DNA of 63,999 bases, counting the filler, from Stramenopiles sp. TOSAG23-3 (taxonomy: Eukaryota), in the NCBI GenBank assembly GCA_900128585.1. It is 5 parts of 5 records of this genome, joined end to end, with 100 filler letters (N's around TTAATTAATTAA, not from the genome) between each part and the next. Parts side by side here need not be neighbours in the genome. Positions count along the whole stretch, not along the records: positions 1 to 15,488 come from LT642520.1; positions 15,589 to 31,035 come from LT642521.1; 3 more parts are not named here. One strand, 5' to 3'. Within the stretch, counting starts at the first letter, position 1, and each line of letters opens with the position of its first letter. Positions 10,501 to 20,627 of the stretch are shown here, piece after piece. The position numbers and the translations under genes were made by a program. The notes under the pieces are model-generated. The model worked only from the letters and a program-made list of their open reading frames with translations. It had not been told where the DNA came from and searched no databases.

Positions 10501-11295
10501 AAGAGGTGGGGTTTCCACATTCATTTTTCTGGTGGGGTAATACGCGGTAGAAGGTATGCTAGGTGCCCCCGTTTTGTCCATGGGGGCGTTGGGAGAGCTG
10601 ACTAGGCCTGCACCGAATGATAAAAATGTGCTAGCTTGTGGCCGAACCCCTAAAAAATTGTACAACTCCGCGAGTGTCACATTGTACATGTGCTTTGTTC
10701 TATACCTCATAAATTTTGACTGCATTGGCTTTTCATAAGCCAATCGCCGCAGTATAGTAGAGCCACTTATTGCTGCGACCAATTCATCGTTAAATCGTAA
10801 ATTGGTTAAAAATTCACTGCGGTGGATAAACCCAGCCCCGTAACTATCGCTCAGATGGAAAGCGTGCTCAATTAACGCCTCTTCGTCCACCTCCATTGCT
10901 GCAAAAGGCGCTTGCCTGCACACGTACTTGTTTTTTATTTTGCGCGAACCTTTGAGTTTAGGCAGTGTTTTTGCAAGCAGTATCTTTTTCGTTAAACGTT
11001 TTTTCTTAGATCGCTTTTCTTTTCTAAAGTGGGGATGGTCGTCGTAAGTTTCACTCATCAACTTCTTAAGCCGCTTCCGTCGCTTCTTGGTCAGGGGTGC
11101 TCGTCCTGCTAAAGATTGGAGAGGGTTAGGCTTGTATGTCTTTCGCCTTTTCTTTGAAACAAACGTGCCAGAGTGTATGGCTTGACGAATCATAGCTTGT
11201 TGATGAGGACAAAAATCAACTTTTTTTGCACTACCCCAAGCAGGTTTGCTCCTGCATTCCCTACAGCGCCCGACCTTGAGAGTCGAGAAGCTATG
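7519..11295 (-). CDS. Large IQ-motif (calmodulin-binding) coiled-coil protein with an EF-hand-like segment and C-terminal WW domain; 5' partial
   Basis: More than 15 IQxxxRGxxxR-type motifs and a WW domain (WTEGFDEDSGMTYYINSLTGETQWENP). The frame stays open from the ATG at 11193 up to the N gap at 11297. Confidence 0.85.
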   Translation of the reverse strand, partial: HSFSTLKVGRCRECRSKPAWGSAKKVDFCPHQQAMIRQAIHSGTFVSKKRRKTYKPNPLQSLAGRAPLTKKRRKRLKKLMSETYDDHPHFRKEKRSKKKRLTKKILLAKTLPKLKGSRKIKNKYVCRQAPFAAMEVDEEALIEHAFHLSDSYGAGFIHRSEFLTNLRFNDELVAAISGSTILRRLAYEKPMQSKFMRYRTKHMYNVTLAELYNFLGVRPQASTFLSFGAGLVSSPNAPMDKTGAPSIPSTAYYPTRKMNVETPPLDPSVTFSPEGTFRRRLMSLEQQLLAFKARLLGILRYRISSKVNYMSINQAAEAYKTASKLTSKLGSSLRSGDVIPDNLLTAIQPLVVEAVTRIDSVDTLLQLQDAQNALVKRIPRLSFLNFDTGEYFEKQLLEASDRLGLALGTGLYAGNALAIQDLRNAEGTARMILQNITDEMDRRQWGLERSNWPSSYRARMAATSFQNAWRSMKARQVLDAKKKMDQAVKHARKILVLHPWGAWKMFCTQKKNRRIQRNSAIFIQRVRRGIRDRNKVKRLHRLRHLAAIVVQRFIRSKRLLLFLKKKTREVRSATKIESIFRMYATKVVFNRKIARVRRAAFYRECILNQKAEERIREQESNSAAKTLQRAFKGIKARKRAMIIAEEMRKRRNEKAATILQAFWRTTLTRIRIKRMKKAVDMIQSWHKAKLDRWHFLLHFQRKQKGVEMVQKMWRGRIGRKIRDSALRRKEIARQVRAEEKRKAEEAERHRLRIEREKEMEREIKRREEITMNNAATKIQKTARGARDRKYTATLREEKEAFKQKEADARARNDAAAVAIQRTYRGFGGRETVKAKRSRHFAANSIQRVYRGKAGRNKANDRRTMVESKGLEEQHFAAINIQRIARGRIGRKHAHQKYEALDERRKRSHAATMIQKMRRGKVAREAVHARKHGRQLLVLQEREAATVIQKHIRGKLERTEYQKSQHQKFVQNSIQGSIDIQRVWRGYEGRRKAKAQSLKLEELGKARIRAAVQMQRVARGHLGRLRANDVLLEHQHNARKQREESIKLAAEKRKELAAEAMERNIMADEERQCREYESHLKALADKAEKERFERQNERKKKEVERATKAEENLRIERLSGLRDALEKAKGVESIRSIAYLIPDNEGEGFRELKAEALQRLEIAENGGANTGVVAEEEVPPTVSQPAEAEWTEGFDEDSGMTYYINSLTGETQWENPFDASGQSQSNEAQSQGGEHNATGGASTNIFQRVARRIDSEKEQ

Positions 11296-11296
11296 C

Positions 11297-11472
11297 NNNN
11301 NNNNNNNNNNNNNNNNNNNNNNNNNNNNNNNNNNNNNNNNNNNNNNNNNNNNNNNNNNNNNNNNNNNNNNNNNNNNNNNNNNNNNNNNNNNNNNNNNNNN
11401 NNNNNNNNNNNNNNNNNNNNNNNNNNNNNNNNNNNNNNNNNNNNNNNNNNNNNNNNNNNNNNNNNNNNNNNN
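11297..11472. other. Scaffold gap (176 N)
   Basis: Run of N without the linker sequence. Confidence 0.98.
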
Positions 11473-11751
11473 AGGTGGGGGGAATAATAAACTGTTGTTC
11501 GCTGCTACCTCCTCCCTACGGTACCGTACTTCTTCCTTCCTTCCTTCCTCCTTCTTTATTATGGGCGAACGATGAAAAAAGCAGACTTTCCAACGCTATT
11601 GTAGTGTTGTTGTGCGATTTGTCTGTTATAATTATCAATGCTATTTCAATATTATTATACGTCGTAGTCTATACCAATTGGTAGTTTTCAATATAGGACT
11701 CTGATATAACCCTTTTTATAACACTATTTTAACTTGACTATTATTATTTTT

Positions 11752-13399
11752 TTACTTTCTTCTGTTCCCTTTCCGCTGCTTCTTCATGCGCCGGTCGTGA
11801 GCAGTGGTAAGTTGAGACGACGCTTTTTTAATTTTGTCACGGGTCAACTCTTCTTCTTCGATGTCTTCTTGCCCAAGTTCCTCGTCGCCCTCTTCTTCCA
11901 GCACAGCTAGGCCATCTCCGTCTGGCAAAGATATCCGTTGATTGAACGGGCGTGCGCGCATGACAGCATCGTCTGCAACATCGTCTGGTCGATCTTCGAT
12001 GGTCTCCTCAACATACACCCCACGCTCTTCTTGGATGCGGCGACACCGGGCTTGGATATCCTGGAGAATTGTTTCGCATTGGTACATAACTTCAACAATC
12101 GTCTCGTCGTTCATCTGTATAGGGCGCCTGTCCCCTCTCACACTTTCTAATTTTTCGCTCAAGTGATCTACGCCGGCTTTGGCATTGATAAGTATTTTTG
12201 CTAGCCGTTCATACTTAACCTTTGTGCGTTCTAGTTTCGTCATGCTGGCACCAAGGTTCTCTTCATGGTCATCCACCATTTTTCGGCGTTGGCCTCCTCC
12301 TGGCCCGCTGTACTTCAGTTCCTCCACGCGAAGCTTGAAGGTTTCATATTCCCTGGACATCTTTTCGATGTTGGATTGGTTCCCCTTGGTCAATTCCATC
12401 AAGTTATTTTGCGTGTCCTCTTGGCTTACTATTTTTTGAATTACTTCGTTTACGTCGGTTACGCCCGTAGCTTCTTTGATTTTTGCGAACGCATTTTCAA
12501 ACACAGTGACTTTCTCCTTTTGGTCTTCCTCTTTATTCTCTTCGTTCATCTTCGCAAGCTTGGCCATCTTTTCAGTCGTTTCGTCGTCTTCTACGCCGGC
12601 GGCAGCTTTGGAAATGATTTCTTGGCGAATTCGGTCTCGCTCGGCCATGCGACTTGCCATTTCTTGCTTCACGTTGACAAAATCTGAGCGCTCCTTGATG
12701 TCCCTGTCCCTCAACCGCTTTGCGTCATGATACGTGTTTCGCACACGCTCCAACTCCTGCATTGCAATTTCCTTTGCGTGGTTTGCGTCCCCAGACAGCA
12801 ACAGCAGTTCTTCGTAGTCGTGTTGCTTGGCCGCAAGGGTCCGTTCGATGGCCGCCAGCTGGTTGTCGAACCCAACGCGCTCTTCTTTCAAGCGCTTGAC
12901 GATTTGCTCGTACGTCTTTCGAATGCTTTGGGCTTCGTTGTACTTGATCATAGCCTTGTCCAGTCTGTTTTCGAGCATTCTAATTTTTCTCGTAAGGGGT
13001 GTATCCTCTTCGCTTGGCTTTTTCGATTCCAGCTCAAGTGTGTGCGCGACGGCCTGCAGCTTGTTCAAGCGTTCGTTATGGGACGCGATCCTGGAGACGT
13101 ACCCGTCGTGTCGTTTCCTCAAGTGATGGACCTCTCTGGCCATATCCTCTAACTCTTCCTGGTCCGTTGTGAGCCCCCCCCCCCTTGGTCGCTGCTGCGT
13201 GCTCACGCTGAATCGCTGCAAGTGCGCGGCGAACTTCTCGGTTTTCTTCCCGAAGCTGGCCCACCAAAGCCTTGTTCGACTTCATCGTGTGCATCGACAT
13301 TTCATAGTAGGCTTTTCGGTCCCCCTCTAGGAGGTGGAACTTGTTGCGAAGGTCTTCGAGCTCCGCCTCTGAGACTTGTCGTTCTTGTTGGCGCGGCAT
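11752..13399 (-). CDS. CCDC151: Outer dynein arm docking complex subunit (CCDC151/ODAD3, DC1-like), split by a 1-nt frameshift in a G11 run
   Basis: ORF 13076-13399 gives the N-terminus (LRNKFHLLEGDRKAYYE). ORF 11752-13221 gives LENRLDKAMIKYNEAQSIRKTYEQIVKRLKEER and AFAKIKEATGVTD. Removing one base from 13174-13184 gives one 548-aa protein. Confidence 0.85.
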
Positions 13400-14554
13400 C
13401 GTGTACAGTTGTAGGTTCTATCTATACGAGCACTATATAAGATGTTTCTCTCTTTCTACTGATTAGAGTGAATCTTCGTTCCCGAATCGAACTTTCAAAA
13501 ATCGTTTCGTTTCAAGGATGTATAACAGAACTAGAAGAGTAAATGAAGTGATTGTTGTCCAATATTGTAATTAAACAATAATCGTTCGTTCGTTGTTTGT
13601 TTGTTTGTTTTTCTACTTTTTTTCTTTTCAATTATTATTATTAGTACAGCATTACAACATGACACAACCCATTTGCAACGACCGAGTCTAAAAAAAATGC
13701 CGTTGTTTTCTTTTAAGTAATCATCGTCAATTTATATGGAAATACCATACAAACACAACACCCAGGACGTTAACGTTCCTTGAGCATCAGTTTTATATCG
13801 GCATATTATACCATTATAATACGTTATATATATAACGCTTTCAATGAGCCCAAATAGGTTAGGTTAGCAGAAAGAAGCATAGTAAGTATATAATAATAAC
13901 CTCTTCTACTACGTAGCAGCAGTTATAATAGTGGAGTTTTCTTTCTTTCTTCTTTCTTTCTTTCTTCTTTCTTTCTTTAAATTCCGTTTTTCGGCTTTTT
14001 TTTCGCTTTTGTCTTTTGTTGTTTGCCTTTTCTTTCTTTCTTTTCTAGAAGAATCCCTTCCTTCCTTCTCTCTTCTTCTTCTTTTATGAAATCCTTTACT
14101 GTGCCCTATTATCAACATGCATACAGTTAGTTATTAGTTATTATTTATACAACCAAAGCTTTTTATACAAATAGTACGAATAGTGATGGAACATTTTAAG
14201 TATAATATGTGTATATACTAATATTTATATCTGCCTATACAATATTTTCCCCTTTTTTTCTTCTTCTTGTTCTTCTTTGTTGTTCTTTTTATTAGTTCTT
14301 AGTAGTTCTTCGATCTTTCTTCTTCGTCCGACCTGTTCCTGCTATTACTACTGCCTCTACCTGTGGTTGATAATCCAAGCCAACCATCTCCGTTTTTTAT
14401 TCCTCTGTTGTTTTCTTCGCTACTGCGTACGGTATTTCGTAGAGGCAGACGATTTAAACCATAAATCCGAAAGGACACAACCAATCCACAGAAGAGGGTT
14501 TCTGTGTTCATTTTGTACAGAGACGGCAAAGTACTCTTATCACTACTTTTGCAT

Positions 14555-15298
14555 ATGTCAAGCGGCGAGCCAGAAATGCAGGAAGTTGCTGCGAATTTGA
14601 AGTCCTGTGGGGCGAGAGTCCTTGCGGCATTTCAGGGGTCTTCCTTCGCAAACAAATACAAAGAACCCTGTCGGTTAGTTGCTGTCAGTAAAATAAAACC
14701 CGTTGAGCTTTTGATGGCGTGCTACAACGAAGGCCATCGACACTTTGGGGAAAACTATGTCCAGGAGGTTATGGAAAAGGCGCCCCAAATGCCCAAAGAC
14801 ATCAACTGGCACTTCATAGGTCACCTGCAGTCGAACAAGGTCAACAAACTGCTCGAGGGAGTGCCGTCTCTCTTTATGGTAGAGACGGTCGACAAGATCA
14901 AACTTGCAAACAAGCTGAACAAGGGCTGTGAATTAGTGAAACGGGAGCAGCCGTTAAAAGTCATGGTGCAAGTAAATACATCCGGGGAAGAGCAAAAAGC
15001 GGGCTGTGCCCCTGACGCATGTTTGGATGTCGTGAAGCACATCGTTTCAAACTGCGAAAACTTAGAGATGGCGGGGTTGATGACCATTGGCCGGTATGGC
15101 GAAGGCGCAGAAGAGTGTTTCGAAGTCCTAGTAAAATGCCGGGAAACCGTTGCAGGCGGCCTTGGAGTCGACCCGGTGTCCCTTGAGTTGAGCATGGGAA
15201 TGTCTGGTGATTTTGAATCTGCCATTGCACTCGGAAGTACAAATGTTAGATGCGGAAGCACTATTTTTGGGGCTCGCGACTACTCGAAAAAGAAGTGA
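14555..15298 (+). CDS. PLPBP: Pyridoxal phosphate homeostasis protein (YggS/PROSC)
   Basis: LVAVSK (PLP lysine), FGENYVQE, WHFIGHLQSNK, VQVNTSGE, GLMTIG, LSMGMSGDFESAIALGSTNVRCGSTIFG. Confidence 0.96.
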   Translation: MSSGEPEMQEVAANLKSCGARVLAAFQGSSFANKYKEPCRLVAVSKIKPVELLMACYNEGHRHFGENYVQEVMEKAPQMPKDINWHFIGHLQSNKVNKLLEGVPSLFMVETVDKIKLANKLNKGCELVKREQPLKVMVQVNTSGEEQKAGCAPDACLDVVKHIVSNCENLEMAGLMTIGRYGEGAEECFEVLVKCRETVAGGLGVDPVSLELSMGMSGDFESAIALGSTNVRCGSTIFGARDYSKKK

Positions 15299-15488
15299 TC
15301 CTTGCCGCTTTCATTGGTAGCCCTTTGGCTGCAGTGGAGGGAAAGATTGGGCGTGGAATGGGATGGAATGGCGTGTCCGTTCTGGTGGGGAAAACGTTGA
15401 ATGTAATCGTGCAGTATTTCATCACATTTATTATTAAAAAGAAAAAAAGTCAGAGTGATAATTTGTATTTTTTTATGATGATAGGCAT

Positions 15489-15588
15489 NNNNNNNNNNNN
15501 NNNNNNNNNNNNNNNNNNNNNNNNNNNNNNNNTTAATTAATTAANNNNNNNNNNNNNNNNNNNNNNNNNNNNNNNNNNNNNNNNNNNN
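15489..15588. other. Artificial contig linker N44-TTAATTAATTAA-N44
   Basis: A six-frame stop linker flanked by 44 N on each side; it recurs identically four times. Confidence 0.97.
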
Positions 15589-15889
15589 TAGGTCTATAAT
15601 ACAGAGACAATTTGGTAATCGGGCTTCTTCTTCTTTTCTTTCTTCTTTCTCCGTTATTTATTATTCGTATACTTCTCCTATCAAATATAGAATATAAATA
15701 CTTATAATTTTATATAGTCGTCGATAGGCTTTATTATAGATAAAAGAGAGAAGGAAGGAAACACAAACAGCAAACTGCAAGACCACAACAACGGAATATA
15801 ATAACACCACCACACTTCTTCTTTTATATTATTTCTTCTTATTATTTTTTTATTATAACTTATTATTATATTATCTATAATTATTATTC

Positions 15890-15952
15890 TTTTCTTCTTC
15901 CTTCTTCTTCTCTTCTTCTTTCTTCTTCTTTCATCTTCTTCTTCTTCTTCTT
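15890..15952. repeat. (TTC)n-type microsatellite
   Basis: Imperfect ttc/ctt run; similar tracts at about 13940-13975 and 16855-16900. Confidence 0.85.
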
Positions 15953-16093
15953 TTAGTTGATTGAGATATATGTAGATCGATCGAGATATCGATACTAAAA
16001 CACGTTTTAATAAATTCATGGATTATATTTTTAAACTTAGAACTTAGAGAGAATAAACAAAAATTAACTATTGATTCATTATTACATACAGTT

Positions 16094-16588
16094 ATGCCGC
16101 GCCACACCACAAAAACTGCTTTTATCTCCAAAACGCCTGTTGTTCATTCGAAACGTTCCTTTCGTCAACGGCGGGCTCGGTCTAGTCTTCGGCATTTAAG
16201 ACATCTACGGCGAAAACGGGTATTTACTGCGACCAAGCGGGCTGCCAGAGAAATCTTTCCCCTCGAGAAACATGAAGAAACGTCAAAATGGTATGACGAA
16301 ATTTTAAGTAGAGAAAGTCCACCCAGACAAGCGCGCCCTAAGTCTATGCATAAAACTGAGAAAAAGAAGCCGAGTTTGCAGCGGAAGCGGGGCATCAACG
16401 GGAAGAACACCCGAAACTTCTTACCCAAAAATGCACGTTTACGACTGCTATTGAAAATGAAGAGAGTGAACGAAAAGTTGAGAAAACTTTACGAGGAGAA
16501 CGAAATTTCGTCTTCTTCAGAAGAGTATACTTCAGAAACAGAAACAGAGATTGATGAAGATGAAGATGAAGCTGCACTCTTTTATTGA
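16094..16588 (+). CDS. Hypothetical basic protein with an acidic C-terminal tail, 164 aa
   Basis: ATG-started ORF in a GC-richer island between AT-rich spacers; R/K-rich, then E/D-rich. Confidence 0.65.
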   Translation: MPRHTTKTAFISKTPVVHSKRSFRQRRARSSLRHLRHLRRKRVFTATKRAAREIFPLEKHEETSKWYDEILSRESPPRQARPKSMHKTEKKKPSLQRKRGINGKNTRNFLPKNARLRLLLKMKRVNEKLRKLYEENEISSSSEEYTSETETEIDEDEDEAALFY

Positions 16589-17256
16589 AACCCCTGGAGA
16601 AACAAGTGCTTTTTCTTCTTCTGTCTTTTCGATTTTTTAGAAGACGATAATGATCGATGATTGATATATTATTATTATTATTATTCTTGAATGAAATTGA
16701 TTAAAAAACAATGATAAAAGTATACTGTGATTGTATATATTTTTATTGTATCATATTTGTTATATAGTTTATATAGGAAATATGAACTAAAAAGAAAAAG
16801 TTTTTAAAAAGAAAGAAGAAGAAGTGGTGGTGGGGTGCGTGTCTTCTCTCTCTCCTTTTCTTCTTCTTCTTCTTCTTCTTTCTTCTTCTTCTTCTTCTTC
16901 TTTTTTTTCTTCTTCCTTTTCTTCTTATATAATAATAATAAAATATTATTAATAATATTTTTTCTTCTTCTTCTTCTTCTTCATTTTTTTTTTCTTCTCG
17001 TTTCTTCTTTCTTCCTTTCTTCTTCTTACTAATACTATTACTACTTTTTTTTTTACGTCGTGATCATATATATACAATGATTGTTGAAAAAAAACATTGA
17101 CCACTTTTTCAATGCGAATGAAGAAACGTTTCGTGTTATGTTTGGGTTAACCACCGGGGAAATTTGTTGTGTTTAGTCGACAAACAGTCCGAAGGTTGTT
17201 GTTTCAACTTTACGGCTCTCGATCGACGGCGGGGCGAAGGTGTGAGCGTTGTGGTA

Positions 17257-18150
17257 ATGCCACGAAAAAATCGAAAGGTTAGCAAATACTTTAGTGGTGG
17301 TGATGTACTAAAGAAAGCCAGTGCAATCCCATGTGATGCGTTGAAATCTGGCCCATCCCCCAAACGAAGAAAAATTGGGGACCGGCGATACGCTGTATCT
17401 TCGTTTGAACCCATCCTAGGGAGTACGAAACCGCACACTCTTCTGCTTGGAACGATGCCCTCGATTAAGTCTCACGCTAAGAACCAGTATTACGCACATC
17501 AAGCGAACGCTTTCTGGTGGATCGTTGGGGATGCATTTAATTTTAGGCGCGGGGGGGCAGAAACGGAGATGAAATGGCCGCACCAGTTCGGGTTTAAAAA
17601 GGATGGAAGCCCGATGGTGGTGCCAAAACCAATTTTGGATGCCTTAAAAGCAACGAAGCGATTTGATGGGGACGGGGCCGGGCCAATTTTGCCGTACAAA
17701 AAACAAGTTGAGCGGCTGACCGATAATGGGTTTGTATTATGGGACGTCATTAGGGACTGTACAATCACGAACTCCGATGATACTTCCATTAAGGACGAAA
17801 TGCCAAACAAGATTTTTGAGTTGCTCCATCAGTACCCCACCATCGACCGAATCGTGTTTGCATCTGGACAAAAATCAGCACAAAAATTCAAAAAACTAAA
17901 CAAGAGCAAACTGCTCGGCCGTTCCTGGTCATTCGCAGGCAACGACGTCTCGAAGAAAGTATTTGGCAGAAAAATAATAATCTCAACCGTAAAAAATGTA
18001 CATCCTCCTGGGGACAAACGGAGGCGCATGAATTTGATCATTCCCATTAGCGTTAGCCCGGCTGTAACAAAAAAGTATACAATCAAATCGAATAATTGGA
18101 TGAAACTCGTCTTTGAAAAGTTTAGCAAACCATTGTACCCGGAAGAATAA
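17257..18150 (+). CDS. Uracil-DNA glycosylase superfamily protein, family-6 (hypoxanthine/deoxyinosine glycosylase)-like
   Basis: LLLGTMPSIKS..NQYYAHQANAFWWIV, LWDVI, SDDTSI, PN.I.ELL..YPTI..IVF.SG and C-terminal SVSPA. The basic N-terminus is NLS-like (PRKNRK, PKRRK). Confidence 0.85.
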   Translation: MPRKNRKVSKYFSGGDVLKKASAIPCDALKSGPSPKRRKIGDRRYAVSSFEPILGSTKPHTLLLGTMPSIKSHAKNQYYAHQANAFWWIVGDAFNFRRGGAETEMKWPHQFGFKKDGSPMVVPKPILDALKATKRFDGDGAGPILPYKKQVERLTDNGFVLWDVIRDCTITNSDDTSIKDEMPNKIFELLHQYPTIDRIVFASGQKSAQKFKKLNKSKLLGRSWSFAGNDVSKKVFGRKIIISTVKNVHPPGDKRRRMNLIIPISVSPAVTKKYTIKSNNWMKLVFEKFSKPLYPEE

Positions 18151-18649
18151 AATAAGAAAAAAGAAGAAGAAAAGTTGTTGTGTTGTTTTTTTTTTTAATA
18201 ATAATCATCTGCTTTTTAAAGTTACGTATGTTAGACGCGCGACTTTATTTTATACCCCCTCCTCCTCCTCGCTTCTCGCTCTTCTTGACCTCTTCTTCCT
18301 CCTCGCGTCTTGCCTCTTCTTCTATCTTGGCGGCTCTTTTGGCTCTCTCTTGGCGCCTATATTTTAATAACTATATTACAATACCATTGATTGTATGATG
18401 AAAATAATAATACACGAGTGGGGAGGAGGAGGAGGAGGGTTGTTATTATTATACCGTGTAGTACCTTGGTAGTGGTGGTGTGTTTTTTGTCGTTGTAATA
18501 AAAAAATAAACGGAAGAAAACAATTTCGTAGTACATAACGAAACGAAGAAAGACAAAGCAGATTCAATAAAACGCAAGTAAATACTTAAAAGTCCTAATC
18601 GCACGGGAGAGGATACGTAACCACCGACACAGTCTTATTTTCTGGTTCA

Positions 18650-19651
18650 ATGAGGCATCTACTTGGACGAGTGTTCGCTTTTTTGTCGTCTGGGACGGTC
18701 GCGCCGCGGCAGCCGCAGCCGTCCTCATTCCGGGCAATCTCTCAGAACAGGCAGGAAGATTTACTTTGGCTGTTCGATTGCCTTTGTATTGGAGATAAAA
18801 GCAGGTTTACAGGGAGTAAAAGTGCTGAACTTCTAGAGTCGGTGTCCGAGTGCGTGCGGACGTTAGCAGAAGAGATGTTGGAGAACGTGGCAGCTGTTGG
18901 TGAAACCAGTTCAACGTTCGAGTTTAGTTTGTCCGTCCAACCTTCGAATGTCGGGGGCGGTGCGGGAGACGGTCTGTACGTAAAAGGTGGGGCCGCAAAA
19001 CCGGGTGACCTGGTGGCAATGTATCCGGGAACAGTGTTTTATGCAGAAGATGTCGAGTTTTTCGGTGGTATAGAGGCAATATTTCCAAACGAGCAAGAGC
19101 GCGAACATTTTATACTTCGTGGTGATGGAATACTTTTGGATGGGCAAAAGAAATCGCTCGATTTTTCGCAGTCTGATTTGAATCCTATGACCACCAGCGA
19201 CGGTGGGGATGTGGAAAGCACCGTTCAACAGAGTATGTTGGAGCGGGTAGAAGCGTTAACGAGAGGTAATCCAGTTCAAATGAAAACATGCGATTTTGCC
19301 AAAAATCCGTTCGCGTTAGCGCACAAAGCAAACCATCCCCCATGTGGCCATCCGGCCAACGTCATCGCAGTACCAATCGATTTTGACTTGGGCGCGATGA
19401 AAAGGAATAGCCCGCATCTCCTCTCCTATTTGCCCACCTTTTACGCATTGCGGTTGGTAGACAACAAAACATACCAGAAAACGTCAATTGCGTCCCCATC
19501 GACAGTTTGCTTTGTTGCAAGCCGGGACATTTATAGCGGAGAGGAAATATATTTAGATTATGCAACATCCCCTGACAGCAAACCTGAATGGATGGGACAA
19601 GCACTTCGAACGGAGTACAAGAAAGAAACGAAACGAGCTGTGGTTCGATAA
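18650..19651 (+). CDS. SETD9: SET domain protein, SETD9-like
   Basis: GDGLYVKG..PGDLVAMYPGTVF, ILRGDGILLDG, NPFALAHKANHPP, VASRDIYSGEEIYLDY. Confidence 0.8.
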   Translation: MRHLLGRVFAFLSSGTVAPRQPQPSSFRAISQNRQEDLLWLFDCLCIGDKSRFTGSKSAELLESVSECVRTLAEEMLENVAAVGETSSTFEFSLSVQPSNVGGGAGDGLYVKGGAAKPGDLVAMYPGTVFYAEDVEFFGGIEAIFPNEQEREHFILRGDGILLDGQKKSLDFSQSDLNPMTTSDGGDVESTVQQSMLERVEALTRGNPVQMKTCDFAKNPFALAHKANHPPCGHPANVIAVPIDFDLGAMKRNSPHLLSYLPTFYALRLVDNKTYQKTSIASPSTVCFVASRDIYSGEEIYLDYATSPDSKPEWMGQALRTEYKKETKRAVVR

Positions 19652-19780
19652 AAAAATCTGAAGTCTGTAGGCGTTAAAAAACGAGGTAGAACATGTATTT
19701 TATAGACGACTTAAAATTCCTACGATAAATTTAAAATAATTAATAAAAAGGGGATTAATAAAAAAAAAAAAAATTATATA

Positions 19781-19876
19781 GTATGTTTTAAGACTCTCAT
19801 TTTAAATCAAATATTACTTCAAATCCAACCTTAATCCTAACTCGATTTTTTAATTTGATTTTTAGTTTCATTTCGT
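19781..19876 (-). mobile_element. Partial copy (end B, 96 bp) of the MITE-like element at 40133-40284
   Basis: Near-identical to the reverse complement of about 40186-40281; begins with the TIR gtatgttttaagactctca. Confidence 0.75.
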
Positions 19877-19909
19877 CGTGGTGGATGATTGTGGGGATTA
19901 ATAATATTT

Positions 19910-20163
19910 ACAACAACACTCCCAGTCCAATAACAGTCCGTGTACGCCCGGTTCCTCTGCCCCTCTTCCAACTTGTTGACGTCCAAAAAGTCGCGCTCTG
20001 ATAGCAGGTCCGAGTGAACCTCCGCAGACGCACTCTGCTCCACAAACCCGATCAACGGGGACACGTGAATCAGGGCTTTGCCATCGACCGGTTTCATGAC
20101 ATGGTTGTAGAACAAGTACGAACCAGACGCCTCAAACACGCTGTTGTGGTTGCGTTCGGGGTA
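19910..20163 (-). pseudogene. Orphan coding-like fragment (YPERNHNSVFEASGSYLFYNHVMKP...TDCYWTGSVV)
   Basis: GC-rich open frame inside an AT-rich spacer, with no ATG at its start. The frame runs on into the repeat. Confidence 0.45.
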
Positions 20164-20344
20164 TATATTACGATTAGTTTTTTTTTATAGTATATATATT
20201 TCTAAATAAATACGATATATTCATACTCTGGTGGTGGAGGGAGATTTATAATATTTTTTACCGGCGGCGGTTCGGGGGAGTAAACCACCATATTTTCATT
20301 TAAAAACTACCCGGCGGCCCGCCAAAAAAATATAATAATATTTT

Positions 20345-20451
20345 NNNNNNNNNNNNNNNNNNNNNNNNNNNNNNNNNNNNNNNNNNNNNNNNNNNNNNNN
20401 NNNNNNNNNNNNNNNNNNNNNNNNNNNNNNNNNNNNNNNNNNNNNNNNNNN
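20345..20451. other. Scaffold gap (107 N)
   Basis: Run of N without the linker sequence. Confidence 0.98.
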
Positions 20452-20627
20452 TTATTATATTTTTTAATTAAATTATTAGTCTAGGTATTATGTAAATAGT
20501 GAAAGATACTTTGGAATTGTTAATTAGAGAGAGGATTGTAACAGTGTTAAATTAACGGCAATCGAACGGAATTCAATACTCTTTGCGTTTTGGTTTTTTG
20601 AAGGGATTAGTAACAATTGCGAAAGGC

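Noticed and set aside
15533..15544. TTAATTAATTAA recurring with a period of about 15.5 kb as a biological repeat
   Set aside because: Always embedded in N44 on both sides; an assembly linker with stops in all six frames.
15702..17032. Low-complexity ORFs (poly-F/S/K/R) in spacers, also at 5319, 13909, 25815 and 29910
   Set aside because: Translations of (TTC)n/(AAG)n microsatellites in AT-rich DNA.
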